A stretch of DNA of 63,790 nucleotides, counting the filler, from Octopus bimaculoides (lineage: Eukaryota), in the NCBI RefSeq assembly GCF_001194135.2. It is 4 parts of 4 records of this genome, joined end to end, with 100 filler letters (N's around TTAATTAATTAA, not from the genome) between each part and the next. Parts side by side here need not be neighbours in the genome. Positions count along the whole stretch, not along the records: positions 43,224 to 62,324 come from NC_068989.1; 3 more parts are not named here. One strand, written 5' to 3'. The notes beneath the pieces were generated by a model. It saw only the letters and a program-made list of their open reading frames with translations. It searched no databases and was not told the DNA's origin. Shown here one piece after another: positions 51,091-62,424 of this stretch. Both the position numbers and the translations under genes were made by a program. Position 1 is the stretch's first letter, and each line of letters opens with the position of its first letter.

Positions 51091-51740
51091 CTACAATACA
51101 TAGATTCGCTTCATCTGTTTCGTTACACGTCGACGCGTCCATATTGAAAAGCTGGTGTTGAAGAAGCATTTTTAGGAATGGACATGTTGAATAGGATAGC
51201 GCTGGAGAAAGTTTTCCTTCTACGTTTTAAAAGAAGTATTACTGTTGAATAATCTGTCTATCCAAGCACTTTATTTACCAGAATATTTGTGATGAGAAGG
51301 AAGCTTCTGCTGCTGAGAAACGTCTGTCTTTGATTTCAAGTCACTTAAATTTACTAAAAAGACTTCTAGATATCACTTTAAACGTATGTATTCTCCTTCC
51401 GACAGTTCTCTAACTTCACGTCTATCGATGTCAGAAATAATAAATAATGATTCTGAGAATCTAACAAAACGATAACTCTATCACGAAAGATGTGAAAGAA
51501 TCTTGGAAAGATGTTTTGTTAGATTTCCTGTTTTACTTTCTTCTAATTGATGCGGCATTAAGCGAAGAATATAATTATGCAGTTTATTATTTCTGACGTT
51601 AATTACCTCACTGTTATGTCTTCTAATTTAACTGGAATCATTTTAAAACTATATTTTGACATTTAGCGTTTTGTGTCTCCATAATATAAATAATTTCAAA
51701 AAAGTACATTTCGAAGGAAACCACACCTACAATCTGGTTG

Positions 51741-51888
51741 GTGATGATGATGATGACGATGATGATGATGACGATGATGATGATGATGACGTTGGTGATG
51801 ATGATGATGGTGATGATGGTGATGACGACAACGACGACGAGAACAGCGATGACGTCGACGACGACGGTGATGATGATGATGATGATGA
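51741..51888. repeat. imperfect (GAT/GAC/GGT)n trinucleotide repeat (similar tract at 58545-58680)
   Basis: Direct reading; gives poly-Asp/His/Ser pseudo-ORFs. Confidence 0.9.
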
Positions 51889-52087
51889 AGCCAAAGTGAA
51901 TACATACACATACAAACACTCTCTGTCTGTCTGCCTGTCTCTCTTCCTCTCTCTCACACACACATACACACTCATTTTTTATACATATACGCATTCATAC
52001 ACTCACACACGCATACACACAGGTACACACACACGTGCGCACGCACACATACACACACATACATACGCGCACGAACATCCTTGTTTT

Positions 52088-52274
52088 ACCGTTGACTGAA
52101 CACTATTCAATTTTTTTTCTCCGTGTTTTTCTCCTTGTTTTCTCCGTATTCTTTCTGTTGAAGAGCGTAGCTCGAAACGTCAAAGACTTTCCGTATTCCC
52201 GAGCGTCATACTAATATATCCTTTTGTTATTTACACCACCTGTCCTCGTCTGTTGTTATTATTTGTATATTCTC

Positions 52275-52276
<2 letters not shown>
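52088..52276 (+). mobile_element. short Penelope-like/retrozyme-like element, copy 2
   Basis: Differs from 23957-24142 only by a 3-nt indel; same 5' boundary; ends in (TA)n. Confidence 0.7.
52150..52186 (+). ncRNA. minimal type I hammerhead ribozyme-like motif (variant core)
   Basis: Stem I TCTTT/AAAGA; CTGTTGA; stem II GAG/CTC; GAAA; palindromic ACGT; GUC triplet. Confidence 0.5.
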
Positions 52277-52315
<39 letters not shown>

Positions 52316-52566
52316 NNNNNNNNNNNNNNNNNNNNNNNNNNNNNNNNNNNNNNNNNNNNNNNNNNNNNNNNNNNNNNNNNNNNNNNNNNNNNNNNNNNNN
52401 NNNNNNNNNNNNNNNNNNNNNNNNNNNNNNNNNNNNNNNNNNNNNNNNNNNNNNNNNNNNNNNNNNNNNNNNNNNNNNNNNNNNNNNNNNNNNNNNNNNN
52501 NNNNNNNNNNNNNNNNNTATATATATATATATATATATATTATGGTTTTCAAAATGTAACCACATG

Positions 52567-52600
<34 letters not shown>

Positions 52601-53055
52601 GACATATACATAAAGATAAGGATATTGAAAGGAGTCCATTTGAAAACTCATTTAAATAAAAGGGTTGGGAAACAACTGTGAGAAGGTTGCGAACCAATAG
52701 GCTAAAGATTCTGCACGGCGTTGCAGACGATTCTGTCAGTTCATTGTTTCATCGTGTGTTTATAAACGAAAGATGATAGGAGAAACGTGGAAGCTGTGGC
52801 GTTAATGGATTTCCAAGAAGAATCACAAAGAGAATGGTTAGAACGGAACACTAAAATCAGATCTTAAAATCAGATTATCGTCAGCGCTTTCCTCAGTTCA
52901 TAAATAAATAAATAAATAAATAGCAGAATAAAGGAGATTTAGAAATGAAAGAGGTTTCTTTAGTCAGCACCTCTGTGAATATTGGTTGAGAACATTAGAA
53001 ATGTATAGTTTTCCTTAAATCGTAATCGAATAAATAAATAAATAAATGATTAATT

Positions 53056-53230
53056 ATCCCAACCACATGGTTCCCGGTTCAGTCCCACTGCGTGGCACTT
53101 TCGGCAAATGTCTTCTGTAACCTCAGACCGACCAAAGTCTTGTGATTGGATTTGGTAGACGGAAACCGAAAGAAGCCCTTCGTATATCTATATGTGCACG
53201 GCATGTGTGTATGTGTGTGTGCGTATGCGT
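53056..53230 (+). mobile_element. SINE family C, 5' half
   Basis: Head remnant and CORE-like segment ending in microsatellite. Confidence 0.8.
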
Positions 53231-53308
53231 GTGTGTGTGTGTGTGTGCGCGTACGTATATGCGTGTGTGCGTGTATGTGCTTGTGTGTGTATTCGTGTGT
53301 GTGTATAA

Positions 53309-53344
<36 letters not shown>

Positions 53345-53415
53345 CCATACATACAAACATAATTATCTATCTATAATACACACACACACACATACACATA
53401 TATACACATATACAG

Positions 53416-53456
<41 letters not shown>

Positions 53457-53492
53457 TATATATGTATATATATGTATGTGTATATATGTATT

Positions 53493-53533
<41 letters not shown>

Positions 53534-54369
53534 GTGTGTATGTACCTGTGTATGTATGCATGTGTGTATGTACGTGTGTATGTATGTACGTGTGTGTGTG
53601 TGTGTGTGTGTCAGGGTGGAATTAATACGTAAGCTGTACTGATGATAGTTATAAGATTTTAAATAAAACTAGTTTTTCTCTTCTTTTTTTTGCCTCCTGC
53701 ATTTATCTTTAGACACAAAGCAAATACATCACCGATACACATAAATGCAGCGAGTTGAATATAATTAAGTAGATTCTGTAGAAGAAGAAGAAGAAAAAGA
53801 AGAAGAAGATGGTGGATTGAAAACAGAGAGGATATGAGAGATCGAGTGAGAGATTGAGACAGACAGACAGATTGAGAGGGAGAGTGAGAGAGAAATAGAA
53901 AGAGAGCAATGAACAGAAAGAAAGAAGAAAGTAAGCGATGATTGTACATTTTGGTGAGTTGAAGGGAGGGGCGGCACAAGGAGACGAACATTTGGTGTAG
54001 TTTTGGGCTGTTTCTGGTTGTTTTGTATATTTGTTTAATATTCATTTCTGCTATTCTTAGGGCAAGTCTATTGTGTCGGTGTTTATCGGTCGAGCAGGTG
54101 TAAACTATTACATGCTGACATGGTGAGCTTTCTTTTTCTTTTTGTGTCAAGAAAAACAAAAAAAACAAAAACAAACAGAAAACAAAAATACAGGAACGAC
54201 AGACAATTGTCTTTTTAAGATGTGTTTATTGCTGTGAGTACAAACACCACTGGTGCTTCGACCGACCATAACTTTTATTGCTGCCACTACTAAAACCAAC
54301 ACTACTACGAATAATAATAATAATAATAATAATAATGATGATAATAATAATAATAATAATAATAATAAT

Positions 54370-54502
54370 CTTTTCTACTGGAGACACAAGGCCTCAAATT
54401 TGTGTGTAGGGAGGAGGACTAGGCGATTACATCAACCCCAGTGTTTTACTCGTACTTAATTTATCGACCCCGAAAGGACGAAAGGCAAAATCAACCTGAA
54501 AT
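54370..54502 (-). mobile_element. SINE family B, 5'-truncated, tail type b
   Basis: Central domain and tail b between (AAT)n tracts. Confidence 0.75.
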
Positions 54503-54523
54503 ATAATAATAATAATAATAATA

Positions 54524-54558
<35 letters not shown>

Positions 54559-54559
<1 letters not shown>

Positions 54560-55101
54560 CAGGCAGTGGCTCTCATGGCTTCTGATCTTAACTGATTGGA
54601 AGTGTTATCACGTACATTGTTTTGTTTTGGTGCAAAAGATGGGCCACAGCAAATATTCTGCTCAATACCACAGATTTTGCTTGTCAGTTGTTTGACCTTA
54701 AACCAGTTGAGCATGTCCCTTGGTGGCTGACGATATGTGCATCTCTGGTAACGAGCAGAAGTAGTAGGGGAGCATCATAGCCATGTGTTAAGAGGAATTC
54801 TTTGGGGGTTTGGATAATTCACCTTTGGAAACATGGGTGTTTCGTTCAACATCCTTAAAAGCGCCTTATTCAGGGACCTTTTGACTGGGATGGGCTACTC
54901 GACCTGAAGAAAACTGTAACTGGGCCCCACCTGCGAGGTCATGCGCTGTTTATCTTGGTATTAGATCACCATATCGTATACGTATGGTTGTGATGCATGC
55001 GCCGGGTGTACCCTTATCGGACGGGTAGTCATGATGGGTATAATGGGCTTCGTATATTTTACCCCAGTGTCACTTTGATGGCATGCCCTGCTCTCTCACT
55101 C
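54559..55101. mobile_element. unclassified about 540-bp element embedded in (AAT)n(GAT)n
   Basis: Sharp boundaries; higher GC than flanks; same microsatellite class on both sides; no ORF homology recognised; single copy in this window. Confidence 0.5.
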
Positions 55102-55117
55102 AATAATAATAATAATA

Positions 55118-55148
<31 letters not shown>

Positions 55149-55216
55149 CAAGAACAGCAATAACAACAAGTTACCGCAGATTTGGAGGGAAAATTTTGTA
55201 GACTTAGTCAACTGTA

Positions 55217-55283
<67 letters not shown>

Positions 55284-55324
55284 ACATTTCAAGCCCAAAA
55301 CTACACATTTTGAAAGAGGATATA

Positions 55325-55389
55325 GTCTGTCTTTCTGCCTGGCTGTCTGTCTTTCTGCCTGGCTGTCTGTCTTTCTGCCTGGCTGTCTG
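55325..55389. repeat. 20-bp minisatellite GTCTGTCTTTCTGCCTGGCT x3
   Basis: Three perfect units plus a partial unit. Confidence 0.95.
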
Positions 55390-58300
55390 GCTGCTAATCG
55401 GGGTCGACCCCTGCAGACGATAAACAAAGTAGACTGGCGAAACGTGTACTCGCATTGTAAATATCTGAAGTCAACCGATTCTGGCATTCATAGCCTTTGG
55501 TACAAGTCCACCTAGGAAAAGAGGGGATGGCTTTAATGGACTTTAGTGAGGGACAAAAGAGAGGCGTGACATTCATGCCTTTCCTACATATAAATGAATG
55601 AAATGGGTTTTAAAGGGGGACCAAAACGGTATCGCTCTAAGGGTTGTTGTTGTTGTTGTTGTTGTTGTTTAGCCTCTGGTCAGTCCTGCGCGAACAAACA
55701 TACGATCAAAGGTAGTCTAACCATGGCCACCCCGTCTTATTTCCGACAATTATATAACTGATTTAGTAGGATGTGATTTGGGAAGTATTTGGTTGCTGCT
55801 TCTAGTGGGCTGAGTGACCATGTAAGGGTTTGTTCATTGTCTGGTCGTTACGTAGGTTTGTAGGGAATCTACCTCTGACTCAACGATGTCTACATCCACC
55901 AATGATAATAATATAACTTTTTCCAAATTTTGGCAGGTAATTTATTTTATCGACGCCGGAAGAAGGAAATATAAAGTTGACTTCGGATGGATATGACACC
56001 AGAGAGCAAACTAATGGAACAAATACCGAAAATCATTTTGTTCGACGCACTGACAATCCTGGCAATCTATTAATTGTTATGATATAATAATTATGCAAAT
56101 ATGCCAGAGGGATTAGTGCGCAAGATATAAGGATTTTGAGGATTTGTTCCGGCCCTCTATGCTTCTGAATCCGAATTCTACTAAGATTAGCTTCGTCCTT
56201 CATCCTTTGGGATCACTAAGAGAAGACTAAGTAGATTCTTTTTTTTTTTTCCTTATCTCTCACACTCTTAGAATTTCCAGGAACCGACAAGGTAGTGTCT
56301 TGCTAAAAACAAGTAAGTGAATTTTCCCCTTACTCTATGATGATATCGTATTAAATATAATCTTCCAGGAACGGATGATGGGGTTGGTCCCCATTGATCA
56401 TGGATCTTTTCAATCAGAACTGACTTAGTTCTAAATGAGAATAATTCGAATTTTCTCAATCTTACAATGAAAATGCATTCCAAGATATATTTTTTTAACC
56501 ATTTTCCAAACTGAAATTTCAATATATTTGTCGTTTCTACCAACAACTAACTGCACTATTTTTTTTTCTATCGGTGTTGAAGAGGCCCCGACCTGAAATG
56601 TATTCGTATTGCACATTCATTTCGACAAAACTTTATTGCTGTACCTCAACACAACACACGATTCCATACAATACCGATTAGTGTTTTATTCAAGCTGTGA
56701 TGTTGGTGCAAACAGCAACACCGCTCACTAAGCACTTTGGAGTATGAAATTTCATATCTGGCTTTCTTTTTTGTGGGTGCGTGTGTGTGATCAAATTCTA
56801 TTGTATCGAACGCTGCCGTCTTTATCTCGGGTTAATAAAGTAAAAGTCATAATGTACTGAAGTGAATTCAACCAACCATGATATTTACCTTTTACAAAAC
56901 AGAGTTTAAAACCCGTGAAAGAAACTATCGATTTCTTACATGGAAAGAAGAAGAAGAAGAAGAAGAAGAAGAAGAGAAAAAAAAAACCCTTCAGTTATTC
57001 TCGAGCAACTGCAATGAAAAATTGATATTTCAATGCTTTCAAAACGCCCCTAGTTACGGAGTTTATCTTAAGCCGTCCGCGCAAAGCACTTACCTAACAA
57101 AAGTGTCGATTCGTTTCCAGCTGGAAGTAAATTAAGTCTTTAGAAACTATTTATTATAGATCGAAATCGTTAAACTAATTACTCAATTTTACGAAAAATT
57201 GAGTGAATAATTGAAATATATCGTTGAGTTACATGTCGAAGGTTGATAATAAAAATTAGAAAAAATACATTAAATTAGGAGAAAATAATTCAGACAAAAT
57301 GTTTAATGTGACCGAAGGTTAACTACTGCAATCTCCAAATTTCCAAACAGGATTTTTTTTTTCTGTCAGCTGTAGAGAACTTAACAATCTATTTTATATA
57401 TAAAAGTATGGCATTTTCTTCTACTCCACTTTTAAAATAGAATCGTCAAGCAAACCGATTCTGCGACTCAGTATTCTATTCCTTGTTGAAGCATTTGTAT
57501 CAAAGTTACGAACCTGAACCGTATTTAAAACCGTCGAAATCATTTCTCTGTCTGACACGTTTTGTTCTTTTCCGCTGTTGTTATTGTTTATGATCGACCA
57601 GAAGACATGTCACCGAGGAACAAAGCAAAGATGCTTCATGCAAATATTCTTGAAAATGTTTTAAAATAATTTCTTATAAACTACATATCGGACTTAAACC
57701 AATCATTCCACAGATTAAGGTTTTATAATTTCTTATCTCAAGTACAATGGAAATAATAGATACGACTGGAACGGCCTGAGTTATCTGCTCTTGCCCATTG
57801 TTCGCTGTCGTCGTGGAGTTTCGGTAAACATTAGAATTAAAGGCAGAAAATCGTAGCATTAATATCCTCATTCACCACGAATTTGTCTTTAAAACATTTT
57901 GTTTGCTAAATATTTTATGTTTCCGATAATTCAAGAATATTTTAATTTGATTAAAATACTAAAATGTAACAATTTTATTGATTTGCAAACGAAGTCTTTG
58001 TTTAGCCGCCGCGTAACAAAAGGAGAGTTATTTCCCTTACCTTGCAAATTTTGTCTTCGGATTTCTTCAGGAAAAACTCGAAACAACTTATATTTTATAT
58101 TTGTGACAACGGTGATAATATTATCCCAGAATTTATAATAATCTTTGATATTTTATTCTATATTTAAGTCCAATATTCAAATAAAAGACACAAGAATAGA
58201 AATGCTGCATTGTTTTGCCATCTCAGAATCCGAAGTAAAATATACCATTTTTGAGAATTCGAAAATTTCATGAGAATATTTCATTCTTTAAAACAATGGC

Positions 58301-58839
58301 GTGATTCAGTCAATAATCTGTAATAATTCTGTGACACAATAAAAGAACCGATATGCTAGAAACAGCAGCCAGTTGTCTCTCAAATCACATCCACTGTTGG
58401 AATCTTTCTCGAGTTTACTGTTGAAAAAAATAAAATAAAATAATATTTAAAAAAAAAAAAACACTGCGAATCGAATCTGCGTTGGTTGATTATTTTGACG
58501 TTTTTTGCAAATTTTCCTTGTTTCAAGATTTCACGCCGACGACGATGACGACGAGGATGATACAGTTGGTAGTGATGGCGGTGGTGATGATTATTATGAT
58601 GATGGTGCTGCTGCTGCTGATGACGATAATGATGATGATGGTGACGGCGGCGGCGGTGGTGTGGATGATGATGATTGCGTGTATATCGTTCCAATAGCTT
58701 CTACGTTATTCCATTTTTAAATCAGCCATTCTTTTTCTCCTCCCCCTCCTCCTTCTTCTTTTTCTCCTCCTCCTTCCTTATTATTATTATTATTATTATT
58801 ATTATCAGAATTATGAAAGCGTCGGGCTGGCCCCATCGC

Positions 58840-58960
58840 TATCGATCCCGAGGTCGACTTTGGTTTTCGTCCTTTCGGGGTCGATGAAACAAGTACCATT
58901 TTTATACGGTGATCGATGAAATCAATTATGCTATTTGTAGAAAGAATTATTATTATCATT
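58840..58960 (+). mobile_element. SINE family B central-domain fragment
   Basis: CCCGAGGTCGACTTTGGTTTTCGTCCTTTCGGGGTCGAT..AAGTACCA, then GTAGAAAG and (ATT)n. Confidence 0.7.
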
Positions 58961-58970
58961 ATTATTATTA

Positions 58971-59083
58971 TAGGCGCAGGAGTGGCTGTGTGGCACCTTG
59001 GGCAAGTATCTTCTACTATAGCCTCGGGCCGACCAAAGCGTTGTGAGTGGATTTGGTAAACGGAAACTGAAAGAAGCCCGTCG

Positions 59084-59116
<33 letters not shown>

Positions 59117-59325
59117 TTGTGTGTCTGTATTTGTCCCCCCACCAACATCGCTTGACAACCGATGCTGGTGAGTTTACGTCCCCGTAACTTAGCGGTTCGG
59201 CAAAAGAGACCGATAGAATAAGTACTAGGCTTATAAAAGAATAAGTCCTGGGGTCGATTTGCTCGACTAAAGGCGGTGCTCCAGCATGGCCGCAGCCAAA
59301 TGACTGAAACAAATAAAAGAATAGA
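58971..59325 (+). mobile_element. SINE family C, near full length
   Basis: CACCTTGGGCAAGTATCTTCTACTATAGCCTCGG CORE-like segment, short internal (TA)(GT)n, intact 3' tail; deletion in the head. Confidence 0.9.
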
Positions 59326-59326
59326 A

Positions 59327-59745
59327 TTATTATTATTATTATTATGTGATGCAAACTCACCGCTTATTTTGTTGGGTATGATGGAAAGTGTCCACAGCCA
59401 GTAGACTGAGGTGACACTTGTTTACTGGTCATGCTTCAAGAACCCTGCCAAGAATTCTTGCAGTTCCAAGCAATGCTGATTCTTGTAGCCTACCTTGTAA
59501 CCCTAACCCTACCTTCACACTTGCAATAATCTTTTCCAGTTGAGTGCTGATACTTCCAAATGCACCAATTATTATTGGTATCACGTCTACTCTCTTCATT
59601 GACCACACCCTTCCTATTTCCCACATCATAGTTGTTGATTTTTTCTTCTTCTTTCTTCACATTGATTCTGTTGCCTCCAGGGAATGCTTTGTCGATTATC
59701 ATACGTGTTCTTTCTTTCTTATTCACCACAACAATGTTCGGTTTA
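59327..59745 (-). mobile_element. R4/Dong-type RLE 3' fragment
   Basis: NKPNIVVVNKKERTRMIIDKAFPG..EEKINNY..WEIGRVWSMKRVDVIPIIIGAFGSIS..LQESALLGTARILGRVLEA*, 3' UTR, (TAA)n tail; 5' end abuts (CAA)n. Confidence 0.85.
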
Positions 59746-59799
59746 TTGTTGTTGTTGTTATTGTTGTTACTATTGTTTTGTTGTTGTTAAAAGAAATCA

Positions 59800-59806
59800 A
59801 AGAGAC

Positions 59807-59846
<40 letters not shown>

Positions 59847-59935
59847 TCATCCCACAATTACTTGACAACCGATATTGGTGTGTTTACCTCCCCGTAACTT
59901 AGTGGTTCGGCAAAAGAGCCCGATGGAATAAGTAT
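59800..59935 (+). mobile_element. SINE family C internal/3' fragment
   Basis: (GT)n then ..CTTGACAACCGAT..CCCGTAACTTAG.GGTTCGGCAAAAGAG. Confidence 0.75.
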
Positions 59936-60394
59936 GGCTATCCTGAGAAAAAGCTATTGAAACATATTGGGAAACGTGTATGTAGATGTAGAGCCCCGAT
60001 GAAGATTAAAAGAAACGGAAACTTGAGAAAGTGAAACAATAAGGAAAAACAAAACACAATAATTAATACGTAACAAATTCTTTTATTAAAAATTCTTAGA
60101 TAAATTTATCACGTACCACATTTCGGGTGATCCTCCTCAGATCTAACGATTTGTTGTCTCAAGAGAAAGTAAAGGTTGAAAAGTGGAAATAAGGAAGTGA
60201 AATAAAATCAGCCTGTGTGTGTGTATGTTAATGACCCTCCCGAGAGAGTCATTATGCTAATAACAAAATCTGTTTCATCACACTAGTTCACAACAAGAAT
60301 CCGGCAAATCAAATACAAAAGCGAAATATTGTGTATAATCTTGTCGGTTTTCTTGATACTTGAGCTCATTATTTTAGAGTGAAGACATGCGGTC

Positions 60395-60678
60395 AGTGAT
60401 CGTGCGTTCGATCCACGGACAGGTCTTTTTTGCCTAAGCGCTAATTTTCGGGGACATACACACACCAACACCGGTTGTCAAGCGGTGTTGTGGGATAAAC
60501 ACAGACACAAACATTCATACACACACAAATATTATACTACAGGCTTCTTTCATTTTCCGTCTACCAAATCCACTCACAAGGCTCTGGTCGGTGCGAGGCT
60601 ATAGTAGAAGACACTTACCCAAGGTGTCACGCAGAGGGAGCGAACCCTGAATCAAGCTTCTTACCACACAGCCACGCC
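60395..60678 (-). mobile_element. SINE family C, lacking the distal tail
   Basis: Reverse-complement match to 58971-59210. Confidence 0.75.
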
Positions 60679-61614
60679 TGTTTTGGCGAAAGTTTTCTTC
60701 CCATTTTGTAAAAAATTATTTCTTGAATTCTTGACCAAATATTCCAAAATATAACGCTGTGTATCGTATGCACCGACGAAAGGCNNNNNNNNNNNNNNNN
60801 NNNNNNNNNNNNNNNNNNNNNNNNNNNNNNNNNNNNNNNNNNNNNNNNNNNNNNNNNNNNNNNNNNNNNNNNNNNNNNNNNNNNNNNNNNNNNNNNNNNN
60901 NNNNNNNNNNNNNNNNNNNNNNNNNNNNNNNNNNNNNNNNNNNNNNNNNNNNNNNNNNNNNNNNNNNNNNNNNNNNNNNNNNNNNNNNNNNNNNNNNNNN
61001 NNNNNNNNNNNNNNNNNNNNNNNNNNNNNNNNNNNNNNNNNNNNNNNNNNNNNNNNNNNNNNNNNNNNNNNNNNNNNNNNNNNNNNNNNNNNNNNNNNNN
61101 NNNNNNNNNNNNNNNNNNNNNNNNNNNNNNNNNNNNNNNNNNNNNNNNNNNNNNNNNNNNNNNNNNNNNNNNNNNNNNNNNNNNNNNNNNNNNNNNNNNN
61201 NNNNNNNNNNNNNNNNNNNNNNNNNNNNNNNNNNNNNNNNNNNNNNNNNNNNNNNNNNNNNNNNNNNNNNNNNNNNNNNNNNNNNNNNNNNNNNNNNNNN
61301 NNNNNNNNNNNNNNNNNNNNNNNNNNNNNNNNNNNNNNNNNNNNNNNNNNNNNNNNNNNNNNNNNNNNNNNNNNNNNNNNNNNNNNNNNNNNNNNNNNNN
61401 NNNNNNNNNNNNNNNNNNNNNNNNNNNNNNNNNNNNNNNNNNNNNNNNNNNNNNNNNNNNNNNNNNNNNNNNNNNNNNCGATGACTGAAATCAGAAAGAA
61501 ACAAAAATAGATTAAAAACTATTAACATTCCTGAAAAATGGAAAACGACGACAATTTCAAATCCAAATCCAATTAACTTCAAATATATTAAGAGAAGGAA
61601 TAACCCATCACATT

Positions 61615-61850
61615 TCTTATTTCTTCATTGTCCACAAGGGGCTAAACATAGAGGGGATAAACAAGCACAGACAAAGGGGTTAAGTCGAGTAGATCGACTC
61701 CAGTGCGTAACTGGTACTTAATTTATCGACCCCGAAAGGATGAAAGGCAAAGTCGACCTCGGCGGAATTTGAACGCAGAACGTAACGGCAGACGAAATAC
61801 CGCTAAGCATTTCGCCCGGCGTGCTAACGTTTCTACCAGCTCACCACCTT
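61615..61850 (-). mobile_element. SINE family B, tail type a
   Basis: Colinear with 15965-16198. Confidence 0.9.
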
Positions 61851-62424
61851 CACCAACCGAAGGTGAGCGCTTGTCAAAAAAATCAAGGCAGAAAGGGTCT
61901 ACGGCTGTGAAAAACCTCTGGTTTATTTTGGTCTATTCAGGTATATTCAGTCCTACTTCACTCAATGTGTCTTTCATTTTCTTAAGTCAGTAGAATATTT
62001 GTAAGAATCCATTTTTAGCTTAAATTGCAGTTTGATTCAACGCGTCGAATCTCTTCTTCGTGAGTCGGTTGTAGTTTCAGATAGTTTGAAGTTCTCAATC
62101 TCCTAACACAAGAATATATTTGAATGTTCAAAGTTTGTATTTATTAGTTAATACTAATGAATTTGTATTTAATATTTCAGAGTTGATCCCTTCCACTGTT
62201 CATTCACGGTTCTCATTCTCGTATGGGAATGTACTTTCGGAGTTCGTCGGCAATTATCACAGCGAAATTTCTTCAATCTTTTCTATCGTCTTACATCAGT
62301 GACCTTCCAGAATGGATTTCAACTNNNNNNNNNNNNNNNNNNNNNNNNNNNNNNNNNNNNNNNNNNNNTTAATTAATTAANNNNNNNNNNNNNNNNNNNN
62401 NNNNNNNNNNNNNNNNNNNNNNNN

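Noticed and set aside
55325-55389. Regularly spaced repeats as a possible CRISPR array (also 46667-46722 and 63231-63790)
   Set aside because: No unique spacers, eukaryotic context and no cas genes; these are minisatellites or satellites.
57674-57871. 65-aa minus-strand ORF with NSTT and a hydrophobic stretch
   Set aside because: Short, with no recognisable domain or supporting exons; expected by chance.
59495-59515. TAACCCTAACCCT telomere-like pair
   Set aside because: Only two units, lying inside the coding frame of the Dong-type fragment.
60770-60784. CCGACGAAAGGC, like the start of the 26425 core
   Set aside because: Cut by a gap, so it cannot be evaluated.
62020-62075. CGAAGA-AGA-GATTC(8)GAATC-AAAC hairpin on the minus strand
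   Set aside because: Needs a 3-nt deletion and a core change to be a hammerhead; too many assumptions.
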